The notes: a model not told the origin generated them from the letters alone. DNA of 64,000 nt from Oceanispirochaeta sp. (GCA_963663385.2 CAXXXD010000003.1:1376001-1440000); one strand, 5' to 3'; counted from the first letter of the stretch, positions 50,081-60,495 are shown. Numbers and translations: made by a program.

Positions 50081-50417
50081 AACAGGTCCATAAGCCGGGT
50101 TCTGTCAAAGGACTGCCATCTATCTGAGCCAAATGTTACCAGATGGCTTTAGCAATCTACCCGCAGGCAATAGACGAGAAATCCTGCCTGCTGCTTGATC
50201 TTGCTCCTGATGAGGTTTATCCTGCCTCCTCCGTTACCGGAGGAGCGGTGGGCTCTTACCCCGCCTTTTCACCCTTACCCCGAAGGGCGGTCTGTTTTCT
50301 GTGACACTTTCTGTCATTCCCCCGGAAGGGAATGCCCGGGAGTTACCCGGCATCATTCTCTATGGAGCCCGGACTTTCCTCTACCGGAAAATTCCGGCAG
50401 CGGCAGTCGGACCTGTT
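50081..50417 (-). ncRNA. rnpB: RNase P RNA (type A)
   Basis: Minus strand contains GAGGAAAGTCCGGGCTCC near the 5' end and ACAGAACCCGGCTTAT near the 3' end; terminal P1 pairing aacaggtcc/ggacctgtt. Confidence 0.96.
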
Positions 50418-50427
50418 AATATTTACT

Positions 50428-51213
50428 TTAGTCGAGATCGAAGTCATCCACCAGATCGGAAAGTCCTCCGACTTCAGCGGTCATATAGGTAGACTGATCT
50501 TCTGTCTCTGATTCCTGGAAGAAAAGGATACGGCTGCAATAGGGGCAGAAAAGTATCTCTTCACCCTTACGAACATCATTAACGAACTGCCGGGGAAGAA
50601 TCATATGACAACCGTTACAGATACCGCTTATAACAGGAACAATACCCAAACCGGATTTATTACGGATAATCCTTTCGAATTTAAAAAGGATATCCTCCTC
50701 CATACCAGGTACAACTTCCGCTTCTTCTTCCTGAAGCTTTGTCAGGAGTTCTTCTTTACTGAGTTTTTCAGCGTCATTTTTCTCCTGTTCAACCTTTAGC
50801 TCATCTTCCTGCTGGGAGATCATCTGTTCTTCCCGCTGAAGATTATTAAGCATATCCTCCAGAGCTCTCTCTTCCCGTTGAATATCACGACGGAGTTTCT
50901 GCTCTTTTTCAGTGGCATCCTTGATCTCTTTTTCAAGAGCTTCATACTCACGCTGGGTGGAAATAACATCCATCCTTTTCTCGAACTCTTCTCTCAGCCT
51001 TTCAGCTTCACCCATCTCATGTTTGAGGACCTTGATCTTCTCTTTTGTATTTTCATACAATTCATTCTTTTCGATGTAGGATTTTTTAAGACGGTTTAAC
51101 AACTCAGTCTTAGTAGCGAGATTTTTGGGGATCCCCTCAATTTCCTTCTCAATATCGAATTTCTGAGACAGGATTTCCTGCAATTTCTGCAATTTATCAA
51201 ATGTTCCCTGCAT
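50428..51213 (-). CDS. Coiled-coil C4 zinc-ribbon protein (DUF164; CT398/HP0958-like)
   Basis: Long coiled coil with REYEALEKEI, then CNGCHMILP and CPYCSRIL. Confidence 0.88.
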   Translation of the reverse strand: MQGTFDKLQKLQEILSQKFDIEKEIEGIPKNLATKTELLNRLKKSYIEKNELYENTKEKIKVLKHEMGEAERLREEFEKRMDVISTQREYEALEKEIKDATEKEQKLRRDIQREERALEDMLNNLQREEQMISQQEDELKVEQEKNDAEKLSKEELLTKLQEEEAEVVPGMEEDILFKFERIIRNKSGLGIVPVISGICNGCHMILPRQFVNDVRKGEEILFCPYCSRILFFQESETEDQSTYMTAEVGGLSDLVDDFDLD

Positions 51214-51228
51214 GGTTAATACCTCTTA

Positions 51229-53133
51229 TTAGTTTTCCAGATAATCTTTCAGTCTTCGGCTACGTTTGGGATGCCTCAGTCTGCGTAATGCTTTCGCTTC
51301 AATCTGCCGGATTCTCTCTCTAGTTACATTAAAGTACAATCCGACCTCTTCCAAGGTCAGAGAATACCCGTCTTCAAGACCAAACCGCATTTTGAGAACT
51401 TCCTGCTCACGGGGCGGCAGAGTTTCCAATACTTCCTGCAGCTGCTCCTGAAGGATTTTGAAAGCAGTCTGATTGGCAGGATTCTCTACATCCTTATCCT
51501 CAATAAAATCACCGAGGAGCGAGTCTTCCTCTTCCCCAATGGGAGTTTCCAGAGAGATCGGCTCACGAGCAACATTTTTAACGGATTTTACCCGGGATAC
51601 TGTCCAGCCAAGCCTTTCTGCTATTTCCTCGTCTGTAGGCTCCCGTCCTTTTATCTGCATCAGCTGACGGGATTCCCGGACGACTTTATTGATCTGCTCT
51701 ATCATATGAACAGGGACGCGGATTGTTCTGGCCTGATCCGATATAGAACGGGTAATAGCCTGCCGTATCCACCAGGTGGCATAGGTAGAGAATTTGTATC
51801 CCTTCCGATACTCAAATTTTTCTACTGCTTTAATAAGACCGATATTCCCTTCCTGTACAAGATCGAAAAAATGGAGTCCCCGGTTGGTATATTTCTTGGC
51901 TATACTGACAACCAGACGAAGGTTGGCTTTTATCAGCCTGTCCTTGGCATTCTTCATCATGGTGCGCCCATGATTTATATCCTGGGCTTTTACAAGGATA
52001 TCATCAGCTACATTTTCAAATTCAACTTCCAGATCGTAGAGCTGTTTTTCTGCAACCTGCACCTGTCTGATAAGCTCCTTGATTTCATCGCTTGTTAAAC
52101 CAAGGTTGTCTTCGATTTCCTGACGTTTTGAACGGGAAGCCAGACCTCTTCCCAGGTTCCGGACTTCTTTCATATTTTTTACACGGAGAGTCCGTTCTAT
52201 CTTATCCTGCTTTCGCCGGTACTGCTTTATTTTTTTTGAAGCATTAATATATTTTTCTGAAAGATAGAAGATTTCTTCCTGATGAATATCAATTTTTATA
52301 ATGTCTTCCAGAAGATCCTTTCTCTTACCTATCAGTTTTTTATCGGAAATAATATCGCCATCAGTAGAAGCGATCTTTTCTTTCATATCCATATAATTCT
52401 TCAAACTGGGAAAGATCGATTTAAGAGGCTCACGGTAATATTGATTCAAGCGTCGTTTCTCTGCCAGATAGTCAGAGATCTCTTTCTTTGAAAAATTCAT
52501 ATCCCTGGGATCGGCCTTGGAAAAGGCCTTCTGAGCCAGTATATAAAACTCGGGAATGATCATACCGGAAGTTTTGAGAATATTCTTGATAATCTCCTCA
52601 CCCTCCTCCATCTGCTTGGAGAGCTCAACTTCCTGTTGGGCAGTCAGAAGATTCTCTTTACCGATCTCCCGAAGATACAAACGGATAGGATCATCTATGG
52701 ACGCTTCCTTCTCATTAAAAACAAGTTTTTTTGTATCGTCGTCGGAATCGTCCTCCTTATCAAGATCCAGCTCATCTTCATCGATAATACCTTCATCGTC
52801 ACCGGTTATATCGACTGTATCGCTATCCAGATCTTCCGAGGTGGCAGAACTCGCTCCATCGACAATGATCGGTTCATCATCCAAATCGTCCAGATCATCA
52901 CTATCAATATCGTCATCAAGCTCTTCTTCCTGATCCACCTCATCCATAGAAGGTTCATCTTCCATAATAGTGATATTCTGGTTTTCCAGAAGAGAGATAA
53001 CTTCTTCGATTTTCTCGGAATTCACGATATTGTCGGGAAGCAACTCGTTCATTTCATCATAAGTTATACGTTTTTTATCTTTTACATATTCTAAAAGTCT
53101 AGCAATTGCGGGGTCAGTATTGATTTCTGACAT
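51229..53133 (-). CDS. rpoD: RNA polymerase primary sigma factor
   Basis: [58 protein letters not shown]. Confidence 0.98.
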   Translation of the reverse strand: MSEINTDPAIARLLEYVKDKKRITYDEMNELLPDNIVNSEKIEEVISLLENQNITIMEDEPSMDEVDQEEELDDDIDSDDLDDLDDEPIIVDGASSATSEDLDSDTVDITGDDEGIIDEDELDLDKEDDSDDDTKKLVFNEKEASIDDPIRLYLREIGKENLLTAQQEVELSKQMEEGEEIIKNILKTSGMIIPEFYILAQKAFSKADPRDMNFSKKEISDYLAEKRRLNQYYREPLKSIFPSLKNYMDMKEKIASTDGDIISDKKLIGKRKDLLEDIIKIDIHQEEIFYLSEKYINASKKIKQYRRKQDKIERTLRVKNMKEVRNLGRGLASRSKRQEIEDNLGLTSDEIKELIRQVQVAEKQLYDLEVEFENVADDILVKAQDINHGRTMMKNAKDRLIKANLRLVVSIAKKYTNRGLHFFDLVQEGNIGLIKAVEKFEYRKGYKFSTYATWWIRQAITRSISDQARTIRVPVHMIEQINKVVRESRQLMQIKGREPTDEEIAERLGWTVSRVKSVKNVAREPISLETPIGEEEDSLLGDFIEDKDVENPANQTAFKILQEQLQEVLETLPPREQEVLKMRFGLEDGYSLTLEEVGLYFNVTRERIRQIEAKALRRLRHPKRSRRLKDYLEN

Positions 53134-54905
53134 TAGTCCCTCACCTTCAAATCTACAATTTCTTGATCCAGGGATTTTTTTTCATTGATAAGCTCGTTAA
53201 TCATATCCCAGGACATATTTTCTTTTTCGGCACGATTAAGTAACCGACTAATTTCCAGACTCCTGTTTTTAAGGTGTCTGACTCTAATTAACTGCAGGAT
53301 ATCCTGCATCAGTACTTCAGCATTCTCATCAATTTCACCGGTGGACATTTTTTCCAGCAAATCCCTGCGGATAGATTCATCCTCTATTCTTGACAATAAC
53401 TGCTCAGTGCTGCTTTCATTGCTTTCTATACTATCATTGAGGGCTTCATATAGAATTATGGCCCTCCTGTCATGAAAGTCAAATCCACTGACGCTCTCCT
53501 TCAAATACGGGAAAAAATCCCTGTTGAGAGCAACAACCAATAAGAGAAAAAATTCATCTGTCATTTTCTGATTCTGAATCGGTTCGGGTGCTTTTTCTTT
53601 AACGTTTCTCCTGGAACTGTTTGTATGCCGACTCATTTCCACAACAAGAGCTTTATTGTTCACTCCTAACATTTCTGCCAGCATTCCAAGACATGCATCC
53701 TTCTTTATTTCAGAAGCAATTGATTCAATATATGGAAAAAGTTCCTTAACTACCTGTTCTTTGCCCTCCGGTGTTCTTGTGTTATGAGATGCCATTGTAA
53801 AATCTAACAGAAATTCAAAAACTTGCACAGGGCTTCTCACCAGTTTTTTTAAGGTTTCAGGCCCTTCTTTTTCAATTATTTCGGCTGGATCACTCTTTTC
53901 CGGCAATTTAACAACCTGAAGCTGCAATCCCATCCTTTCAGTGATCATAGCCGCTTTGTATGTCGCAGCAATGCCGGCAGCATCACTATCAAAAATCACA
54001 TAACCTCTGGAAGAGTATCGCTTCAGCAGTTTTGCCTGCCCCTCAGTGAATGCTGTTCCCAGGGGAGCAACCGCCGTATCAATTCCTACTTGATGAAGAG
54101 CCAGCACATCCACATTCCCTTCACAAAGATAGAATTCTTTTGACCGTCTCAACCCCTCCCGACTCTGCCATATACCGTAAAGAAGATCACTTTTCTTGTA
54201 TAAAACCGTTTCTGGCGAGTTTATATATTTAGGAGTTTTTACATCCTCTTTCATCGTCCGGCCGCTAAACGCCACAACATCTCCCTGGTTGGAATAAACA
54301 GGGAACATTAGACGATCAGAAAACAGACAGCGTCTCGGATTCTTCCGGGTAAATAAACCGGATTCCAGCAGGAATTGATCAGAATAATTCCTGCTTTTCA
54401 GAAAACCATGCAGCCAGAATGAATCAGCCGGTGCATATCCCAATTGGAATTTCTCAATGGTCTCCTCATGTATCCCCCTGTTTGCCAGATACTGCCTCGC
54501 CCCTGCAGCTTTCGGGTTATTCATAAGGATATAGTGAAAACTTCCCGATACCCGGTTATAGAGTTCTTTCATAGCCCCTTTCAGAGAACTGAAGTCTTCC
54601 GTCTGTCCTGTGTCTTCAGGAATGGCAATGCCTTTTTTTTCAGCAATGAAGCGTACCGCTTCGGGAAAAGTAAGGCTTTCCACATCCATTATGAATTGAA
54701 AAAAACCTCCGCCTTTATGACAGCCAAAACAATAATACATATTTCGATCCGGAATAACGGAAAAAGAGGGAGTTTTTTCATTATGAAACGGACAACACCC
54801 CCAGTATCGGCCCCCTTTACGGGAGAGACTGGTATATTCTCCTACAATCTCCAGAAAATCTACTTTTTCCTGGATCTCTTCAATAACAGATTCCGGTATC
54901 CGCAT
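53133..54905 (-). CDS. dnaG: DNA primase
   Basis: [11 protein letters not shown]...CFGC zinc finger, [28 protein letters not shown]. Confidence 0.97.
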   Translation of the reverse strand: MRIPESVIEEIQEKVDFLEIVGEYTSLSRKGGRYWGCCPFHNEKTPSFSVIPDRNMYYCFGCHKGGGFFQFIMDVESLTFPEAVRFIAEKKGIAIPEDTGQTEDFSSLKGAMKELYNRVSGSFHYILMNNPKAAGARQYLANRGIHEETIEKFQLGYAPADSFWLHGFLKSRNYSDQFLLESGLFTRKNPRRCLFSDRLMFPVYSNQGDVVAFSGRTMKEDVKTPKYINSPETVLYKKSDLLYGIWQSREGLRRSKEFYLCEGNVDVLALHQVGIDTAVAPLGTAFTEGQAKLLKRYSSRGYVIFDSDAAGIAATYKAAMITERMGLQLQVVKLPEKSDPAEIIEKEGPETLKKLVRSPVQVFEFLLDFTMASHNTRTPEGKEQVVKELFPYIESIASEIKKDACLGMLAEMLGVNNKALVVEMSRHTNSSRRNVKEKAPEPIQNQKMTDEFFLLLVVALNRDFFPYLKESVSGFDFHDRRAIILYEALNDSIESNESSTEQLLSRIEDESIRRDLLEKMSTGEIDENAEVLMQDILQLIRVRHLKNRSLEISRLLNRAEKENMSWDMINELINEKKSLDQEIVDLKVRD

Positions 54906-54911
54906 ATTATC

Positions 54912-55943
54912 CTATTTACTCCTGAAACCGCTTAGATACTGATCACGTGCCTGGTTATGATCGGAGTAGTTACTCGAAAAAGTATGAGTTCCCGCGTCAG
55001 AATTTTTTACGACAAAAAAGAGATAGTCTGTTTGAGCCGGATTAAATGCCGCATCCAATGCGACCTTTCCCGGATTTGAAATGGGCGCAGGAGGGAGAGA
55101 CTGATTGAAGTAGGTGTTATAGGGGGATTCCAGTTCAAGATCGCTGAGGTAAATCCGCCCGGGATGATCCCTCCCCAACTCCTCTGTCAATACATAAACG
55201 ACAGTGGCGCATGACTGAAGAGGCATTCCAATATTCAGACGATTGTAGAATACCGAGGCCATAAGAGGAGCTTCCTCTTTAACCCGGTACTCCTTCTCAA
55301 TAATGGAAGCAAGGATTATTTTTTCACTCATTTTCCCCGGAGAGAAATCTTTATAATAAGGATAAATGGTCGAGAGTACCGAAAAAAAGTTCTGAACCAT
55401 ATGGCTGATTATTTTTTCGGGAGGAAAATCTTTCTGAAAATAATACGTATCCGGATACAGATATCCCTCCAGGCTATCTCCAGCCACTCCGAGAGATTGA
55501 ATCAGTTCAGTAGATTTCAACAAATCCCCGAAGGCATCCTCAGATGAAATTATCCCGTTTTTTTTAAGGATTAAAGCGATCTGCCTGGATGTGAGTCCTT
55601 CGGGAATAGTTATCTTATAAAGATCTTGACGCCCTTTTTCAAGAACCGCCAGTATTTCAAAAGGAGTCATACCCGGGTTCAGCTCATACTTCCCGTTTTT
55701 AACGACTGAAGAATTAAAAAAACGAACATACACCTTAACAACATTCGCATTACGTATCAGAGAAAGGGATTCCAGTCTTTCAAGAACAGAAAAGAGAGAC
55801 TCCCCTTTCCCTATCTCAAAATCAACATTTTCCGAAACGGATTCTGTGTCGAAAGCCCTCATATTATTAAAATAGTAAAACATACAACCTGCTGCGGATA
55901 GTAAAATCAGGAGCAGAAAAACAATTGATACATTTTTGGCCAA
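54912..55943 (-). CDS. mltG: Endolytic transglycosylase MltG
   Basis: TIPEG, LEGYLYPDTY, LASIIEKE, VFYNRL...MPLQSC, SPYNTY...LPP.PI.NPG. Confidence 0.94.
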   Translation of the reverse strand: MAKNVSIVFLLLILLSAAGCMFYYFNNMRAFDTESVSENVDFEIGKGESLFSVLERLESLSLIRNANVVKVYVRFFNSSVVKNGKYELNPGMTPFEILAVLEKGRQDLYKITIPEGLTSRQIALILKKNGIISSEDAFGDLLKSTELIQSLGVAGDSLEGYLYPDTYYFQKDFPPEKIISHMVQNFFSVLSTIYPYYKDFSPGKMSEKIILASIIEKEYRVKEEAPLMASVFYNRLNIGMPLQSCATVVYVLTEELGRDHPGRIYLSDLELESPYNTYFNQSLPPAPISNPGKVALDAAFNPAQTDYLFFVVKNSDAGTHTFSSNYSDHNQARDQYLSGFRSK

Positions 55944-56120
55944 TTACGGCTCTCCTTCTTCATTCTTTTGCAATAGATTTGTAATTTCTTGAATTGTGAA
56001 ATTCGCGTAAACAAATTTTTCCATCTTACCCGCTACATCTTTTAGTGAAGCGTCCAGAGCATCATAATGATCAGAAAGATACAGGTACAGGGTCAGGATT
56101 TCCTGTCGGTCAAATTGCAT
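55944..56120 (-). CDS. Small hypothetical protein (58 aa), below the ORF-track length cut-off
   Basis: MQFDRQEILTLYLYLSDHYDALDASLKDVAGKMEKFVYANFTIQEITNLLQKNEEGEP*. It fills the gap exactly, its TAA abuts the mltG TTG, and it carries the mltG SD (AAGGAG). Confidence 0.7.
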   Translation of the reverse strand: MQFDRQEILTLYLYLSDHYDALDASLKDVAGKMEKFVYANFTIQEITNLLQKNEEGEP

Positions 56121-56146
56121 ATCCAGATTTACACCATCTATTTATA

Positions 56147-57091
56147 TTAAAAAAATATTTCCAGTCCCTCTTTGGCAAGACTCACATTAACTTCAGGCAA
56201 CCCCTTCGAACGCTGAGTATACCACCTGGCAGATCGCTGTATGGATGACATCTTTTTATCATCATAAAGGGGCTCATGATGAAACAGATACAAATCCCTG
56301 ATACCAAACTCTATGGCAAAATCCACAGCCATACTATAGGAAGAGTGCCCCCAGTCGTACTTTTCAAAGGCTTCTCCTAATGTATATTGAGCATCAAGGA
56401 TTATGGCATCCGCGTCCTGAAAAAAGGCCAGATTTTTTTCCGTTCTTTGAAAATCCTTCTGCCTGAGCTCCGTATCGGTCGAGTAAATAATGCTGTGATC
56501 ATTCTGAGAAATCTTATAGGCAAAAGAACCGTTGGGATGACTCCTCTTGATCCAGCTGATCCGGCTATCCCCCAAAGCCATTTCATTCCCTGTCAGTACA
56601 TGAAATTCGATATTTGCATTAAAAGAATCAAACCCGACAGGGTGATAGGGACGCTTCATGAAAGAATTAAGAATTTCTTCCATTTTAGGATAGGGACTGT
56701 AAAAGTGTATTTCTGAGGCGGGATCGTACATCGCACCAAAATATGGCAAACCCAGAAGGTGGTCATAATGAAAATGACTGAAAAAAATATGGTAGGTCTT
56801 AATATGCTCATGATGCTTCTTTACTGTCCGTTCCATCTCACGGAGTCCGGTTCCACAGTCCAATATTACAATTTCATCATCATGCAGGCGGGCTTCCACA
56901 CATGCCGTATTTCCACCGGTAGTACCAAAAAGGTATTCCGGCAGATGGGAAAGAAACAATTCTCGTGATTCCTGAGATACAAGATCGGATGGTTTAACTC
57001 TCTGAATGACGGCAGCGATTTTATTTCTTACTGCATCCGGAGCGAGCGGAGTCGGAGAAGACCCCCTTACACCCCATATTTTTATTCTCAT
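56147..57091 (-). CDS. MBL-fold metallo-hydrolase
   Basis: WGVRGS.P, GGNT.CVE, DCGTG, SHFHYDH, HP.G, STDTE, DAQY, WGHS, LFHHEP. Confidence 0.9.
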   Translation of the reverse strand: MRIKIWGVRGSSPTPLAPDAVRNKIAAVIQRVKPSDLVSQESRELFLSHLPEYLFGTTGGNTACVEARLHDDEIVILDCGTGLREMERTVKKHHEHIKTYHIFFSHFHYDHLLGLPYFGAMYDPASEIHFYSPYPKMEEILNSFMKRPYHPVGFDSFNANIEFHVLTGNEMALGDSRISWIKRSHPNGSFAYKISQNDHSIIYSTDTELRQKDFQRTEKNLAFFQDADAIILDAQYTLGEAFEKYDWGHSSYSMAVDFAIEFGIRDLYLFHHEPLYDDKKMSSIQRSARWYTQRSKGLPEVNVSLAKEGLEIFF

Positions 57092-57117
57092 CCCATCCCC
57101 CGAAGAACACCAAAATA

Positions 57118-57558
57118 TTAACGCGGCCTGTAGGGTTTTTCCTTCTCCCTCTTTTCCAGCCAGTCGTTAATCGCTTTTTCCTTATGAAGCTTTCCCTGAT
57201 TCATACCCGGACAGTGCTTAGCCTCCTCAGCCCAGGACTCTGCCGAATCCATAATGTTAGGCCAGAAAGGATAGCTTCTGCACTGCAGGGGACGGGCCTG
57301 GTAGATTTCACAACCCACACCATCCAGCCAGAAAACACAATCATAATTGCTCTTCTCAACCAGGGTAACCTTTTTAAAAAAACCGATATCTACTATTTTA
57401 CAGTATTTTTTCAGAAAATCTTCTTCTGATATCGATAAATAATCCACAGCCTGCTTTACATCATTCTCAGAGAGAAAAACATAGCCAGGCTCGTGACGAC
57501 AACAATGACCGCACTGAGTACAACTGAATTGTAAACCATTTTTATAAAAACTACTCAT
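57118..57558 (-). CDS. YkgJ family cysteine-cluster protein
   Basis: CTQCGHCC, CVF....C.IY.ARP.QCRSYPFW, CPG. Confidence 0.9.
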   Translation of the reverse strand: MSSFYKNGLQFSCTQCGHCCRHEPGYVFLSENDVKQAVDYLSISEEDFLKKYCKIVDIGFFKKVTLVEKSNYDCVFWLDGVGCEIYQARPLQCRSYPFWPNIMDSAESWAEEAKHCPGMNQGKLHKEKAINDWLEKREKEKPYRPR

Positions 57559-57569
57559 AATTTAATACT

Positions 57570-57598
57570 AAAAAAAGCCTTCTCATAAGAGAAGGCTT
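57570..57598 (-). terminator. Intrinsic terminator of the tRNA operon
   Basis: Minus strand aagccttctc-ttat-gagaaggctt followed by a T-run. Confidence 0.8.
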
Positions 57599-57601
57599 GA
57601 A

Positions 57602-57682
57602 TGGGGAGAGAAGGATTTGAACCTTCGAAGCCGAAGCAACAGATTTACAGTCTGCCCCCTTTGACCACTCGGGAACCTCCCC
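57602..57682 (-). tRNA. tRNA-Tyr(GTA), CCA not encoded
   Basis: GGGGAGG acceptor, GCAGA-CTGTAAA-TCTGT anticodon arm, long variable arm, GAAGG-TTCAAAT-CCTTC. Confidence 0.96.
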
Positions 57683-57702
57683 AAGTCATTAATGTTTTTT
57701 AT

Positions 57703-57776
57703 AGCCTTCTGTCAGATTCGAACTGACGACCCCGAGATTACAAGTCACGTGCTCTGGCCAGCTGAGCTAAGAAGGC
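57703..57776 (-). tRNA. tRNA-Thr(TGT), CCA not encoded
   Basis: GCCTTCT/AGAAGGC acceptor, CGTGA-CTTGTAA-TCTCG anticodon arm, GTCAG-TTCGAAT-CTGAC. Confidence 0.95.
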
Positions 57777-57782
57777 ATTGAG

Positions 57783-57863
57783 TGGGGAGAGAAGGATTTG
57801 AACCTTCGAAGCCGAAGCAACAGATTTACAGTCTGCCCCCTTTGACCACTCGGGAACCTCCCC
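57783..57863 (-). tRNA. tRNA-Tyr(GTA), identical second copy
   Basis: 81-nt sequence identical to 57602-57682. Confidence 0.96.
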
Positions 57864-57931
57864 AAAAACATATATAACTGTATGTCAGTTCGACTAGCGC
57901 CTCGCTGACGTTCAGTAAGTTAAATAAATCC

Positions 57932-58720
57932 CTAAAAAATGTCAATACACTCTGTAATATTTATTTCAGGAATGTTTAAACAAATGACTTCTTCCGGACC
58001 GACAAAAATCACATGTTCAAAATAAGCGCTGTCCGCACCAGACTCAGACGAATAGGATAAATCTTTACATTCTATAACATTAGAATCACCGTCAATTACA
58101 ACAGGCTCTATTGTGCATATAAGATTCTCCCTCCAGATTCCACTATTTTTCTTATTAAAAAAGAAAGGGATTTCCGGTTCGTCATGGACCTGACGGCCCA
58201 CCCCATGCCCACAGGCTCCGGGCACCAGGGAGAAGTCATTCCAGTCAAAATCATTGAGCAGATTTTTCTGCATAACAGAAAAGCCATCACCGGGCCTGAC
58301 AGATTGAATTGCCCGTAGCGAGACATCCCAGGCTCTCTGCACAAGAGCCTGTCTTTCAGAGCTTGTATCACCTACCAGATAGGTCCAGGCGCCATCACTG
58401 AAAACCCGGGAATCACTTAACACAATATCCACTGTAAGGATATCTCCGGGTAAAAGTTTTAAGTCCCCCGGCATGCAGTGAAAGGCACAGGAGTTAACAT
58501 TGATATGAATATGCTCAAGGGAGTATTTGCCATGCCATTGCTCTTCCAGATACCCGGTAAATCGCGATGCCAAATCTCTGGTTGATTGATTGGGAGAAAT
58601 AAACCTCTTTCCCTCCTGCAGGAGGGCATGACTGACCGGACAGAGAATCTTCATCCGTTTCAGCAGGTCTGCATCATCCACATGTTCCGGGATAAACAGA
58701 TCATGAAAAAGGTCCCGCAC
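57932..58720 (-). CDS. M24 family metallopeptidase (divergent methionine aminopeptidase-like)
   Basis: VN..AFH..P, GDILTVD, SD.AWT, GHGVG..VHDEP, TIEP, SAYFEH, giving ligands D, D, H, E, E. Confidence 0.8.
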   Translation of the reverse strand: MRDLFHDLFIPEHVDDADLLKRMKILCPVSHALLQEGKRFISPNQSTRDLASRFTGYLEEQWHGKYSLEHIHINVNSCAFHCMPGDLKLLPGDILTVDIVLSDSRVFSDGAWTYLVGDTSSERQALVQRAWDVSLRAIQSVRPGDGFSVMQKNLLNDFDWNDFSLVPGACGHGVGRQVHDEPEIPFFFNKKNSGIWRENLICTIEPVVIDGDSNVIECKDLSYSSESGADSAYFEHVIFVGPEEVICLNIPEINITECIDIF

Positions 58721-58722
58721 AG

Positions 58723-59088
58723 CTAACCCCTGATCAAGTCGGCTCTAAGCTCGGTAGCTTTCCCCAAATATACAGGCTGAACCCTGGAATCATCACTATC
58801 CCTGTTAAAAGTAATCAGAACACGAAGCATCCGCTCCTGCGGAAAATCCACACAAACCGGTTCCTGAGTACAGAAGAGAGGGACGCTGCCGATACCGGCG
58901 CCAACCCTCAGCGCTTTGGCTGGATTATAGGAGATATCCGGAGTCTGTGAAAAAAGAATACTGATAATACTATCTTCACAGAATTTATTTTTCTCCTGCA
59001 GTTTCCGAAATAGAAGACACACTTTCTCTCTGAGTTCATCCGGACTGTCAACCTCCAGAGAGACAGCCCCTCTTACTGCTTTAACCAT
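58723..59088 (-). CDS. aroH: Chorismate mutase, AroH class
   Basis: KAVRGA, IISILFS.T.DI...PA..LR, VPLFC.QE, LRVL, PVYL..A..LR.DL. Confidence 0.88.
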   Translation of the reverse strand: MVKAVRGAVSLEVDSPDELREKVCLLFRKLQEKNKFCEDSIISILFSQTPDISYNPAKALRVGAGIGSVPLFCTQEPVCVDFPQERMLRVLITFNRDSDDSRVQPVYLGKATELRADLIRG

Positions 59089-59103
59089 ATATAACTCCAT
59101 TGT

Positions 59104-59451
59104 TTATACTGTTTTTAGAAATGCAAAGATTAAATTAATAGCAAAATACAAAACTCCCAGCAACAGCACCATTATGACATAGCGCAGGTAGAACAAAAAT
59201 CCTGTTTTAGCCCGCCTGACAGTAACGATACTGGCAAGAATAATACCCACAAAGGCTGTGCAGAAAAAGATATAGAAAAAGAAGATCATTAAATCAAATA
59301 TAAAGTATTGGGTTTCATCGGAGAAGCTTTGAAAATTTCCCAGAATATACAGGAAAAAGGTTACAGCACCCATATAGAAAAAAAAGAAAACCAGCCGTGT
59401 TGTTAACCAGGGTAGCCAAATTTTTTTAGTATCAAGAGAAACTCTGTTCAT
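59104..59451 (-). CDS. Hypothetical three-TM membrane protein
   Basis: Three hydrophobic segments with a GNFQSFSDETQ loop; start placed at ATG 59451. Confidence 0.65.
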   Translation of the reverse strand: MNRVSLDTKKIWLPWLTTRLVFFFFYMGAVTFFLYILGNFQSFSDETQYFIFDLMIFFFYIFFCTAFVGIILASIVTVRRAKTGFLFYLRYVIMVLLLGVLYFAINLIFAFLKTV

Positions 59452-59526
59452 TGGGCGTATTTTACCATAATCCACAGGAAAGTGCATATCCCGCCTTTCA
59501 GAGCCTGACAGTAATAACGTTTAGTA

Positions 59527-59555
59527 TTGCCAGATGAGGCTTTTAATTTTAGAAT
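59527..59555 (+). promoter_or_regulatory. sigma70-type promoter, probably giving a leaderless HAD mRNA
   Basis: TTGCCA-N17-TAGAAT, 7 nt before ATG 59563. Confidence 0.6.
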
Positions 59556-59562
59556 CAGGAAT

Positions 59563-60495
59563 ATGACAAAGAAATCATTCAGCTTTATGGATACTGAAAA
59601 CCTGGATATGTCACCCTTTCTAAATCAGATGCATCCCTATTTTATAGATATGAAACCTTTAAACAGTGGAATGTTACCCTCCTTTCCGGATAGAGGCTTT
59701 CCGGTAAAAGCGGTTCTGCTTGATATATACGGAACACTGTTGATTTCCGAAGCAGGAGATATTGGACTTGCCTCACTCAATACCAGAGACTCGAATCCTG
59801 CCCTGATATTTATTAACAATAAAGCGACAGAGCACTCCTATACACAGATCCACAGCATCCTTCATGATTTGATAAGAAAAAATCATAAGATTCAGATTCA
59901 GAAGGATCAGACAATCCGGTATCCAGAGATTGATATTATTTCTATCTGGCAGCAGCTATATGAGTTCATCGAACTGAGAGAGTATTCGATTGAAGACCTG
60001 ATCCAGACATCCCTTCATTTCGAAATGCAAACCAATAAAATCAGTCTTATGCCCGAAACCTCAACATTTCTCAAGGAACTTAAGAAAGCTGGGATACCAA
60101 CCGGGATAGTGTCCAATGCCCAGTTCTATACACCTGTATTTCTCGAACACCTCCTGGGCGACTCATTAAAATCCTTTGGAATCGATGAATCAATCTCCTC
60201 CTGGTCCTACCGGCTCAATCGGGGAAAGCCGGATCTCGAAATATTCTCCCCGCCCATCAGCATCTTAAAAGATCATTACGGCATCAATAGAAGTGAAACA
60301 CTCTACATAGGCAATGATATGCTGAATGATATCTACACAGCTGCTGAATGCGGCCTTAAAACAGCCCTTTTTGCAGGAGACAATCGATCCCTCCGCCTTA
60401 GAATAGATGATCCAAAAGTCAATGGAATGTCCCCTGATTGCACTATAACCGAACTCTTACAAATTCTGCCTTTTATAATGGAAGCAAACAAATGA
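59563..60495 (+). CDS. HAD superfamily hydrolase
   Basis: Motif I LLDIYGTL, motif II GIVSNAQ, motif III GKP, motif IV YIGNDMLNDI. Confidence 0.88.
   Translation: MTKKSFSFMDTENLDMSPFLNQMHPYFIDMKPLNSGMLPSFPDRGFPVKAVLLDIYGTLLISEAGDIGLASLNTRDSNPALIFINNKATEHSYTQIHSILHDLIRKNHKIQIQKDQTIRYPEIDIISIWQQLYEFIELREYSIEDLIQTSLHFEMQTNKISLMPETSTFLKELKKAGIPTGIVSNAQFYTPVFLEHLLGDSLKSFGIDESISSWSYRLNRGKPDLEIFSPPISILKDHYGINRSETLYIGNDMLNDIYTAAECGLKTALFAGDNRSLRLRIDDPKVNGMSPDCTITELLQILPFIMEANK

Noticed and set aside
50195..50492. Short + strand ORFs over 50195-50492
   Set aside because: They overlap the RNase P RNA gene on the opposite strand.
57602..57863. Duplicated tRNA-Tyr as attL/attR of an integrated element
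   Set aside because: Both copies are full length, only a tRNA-Thr lies between them, and no integrase is nearby.
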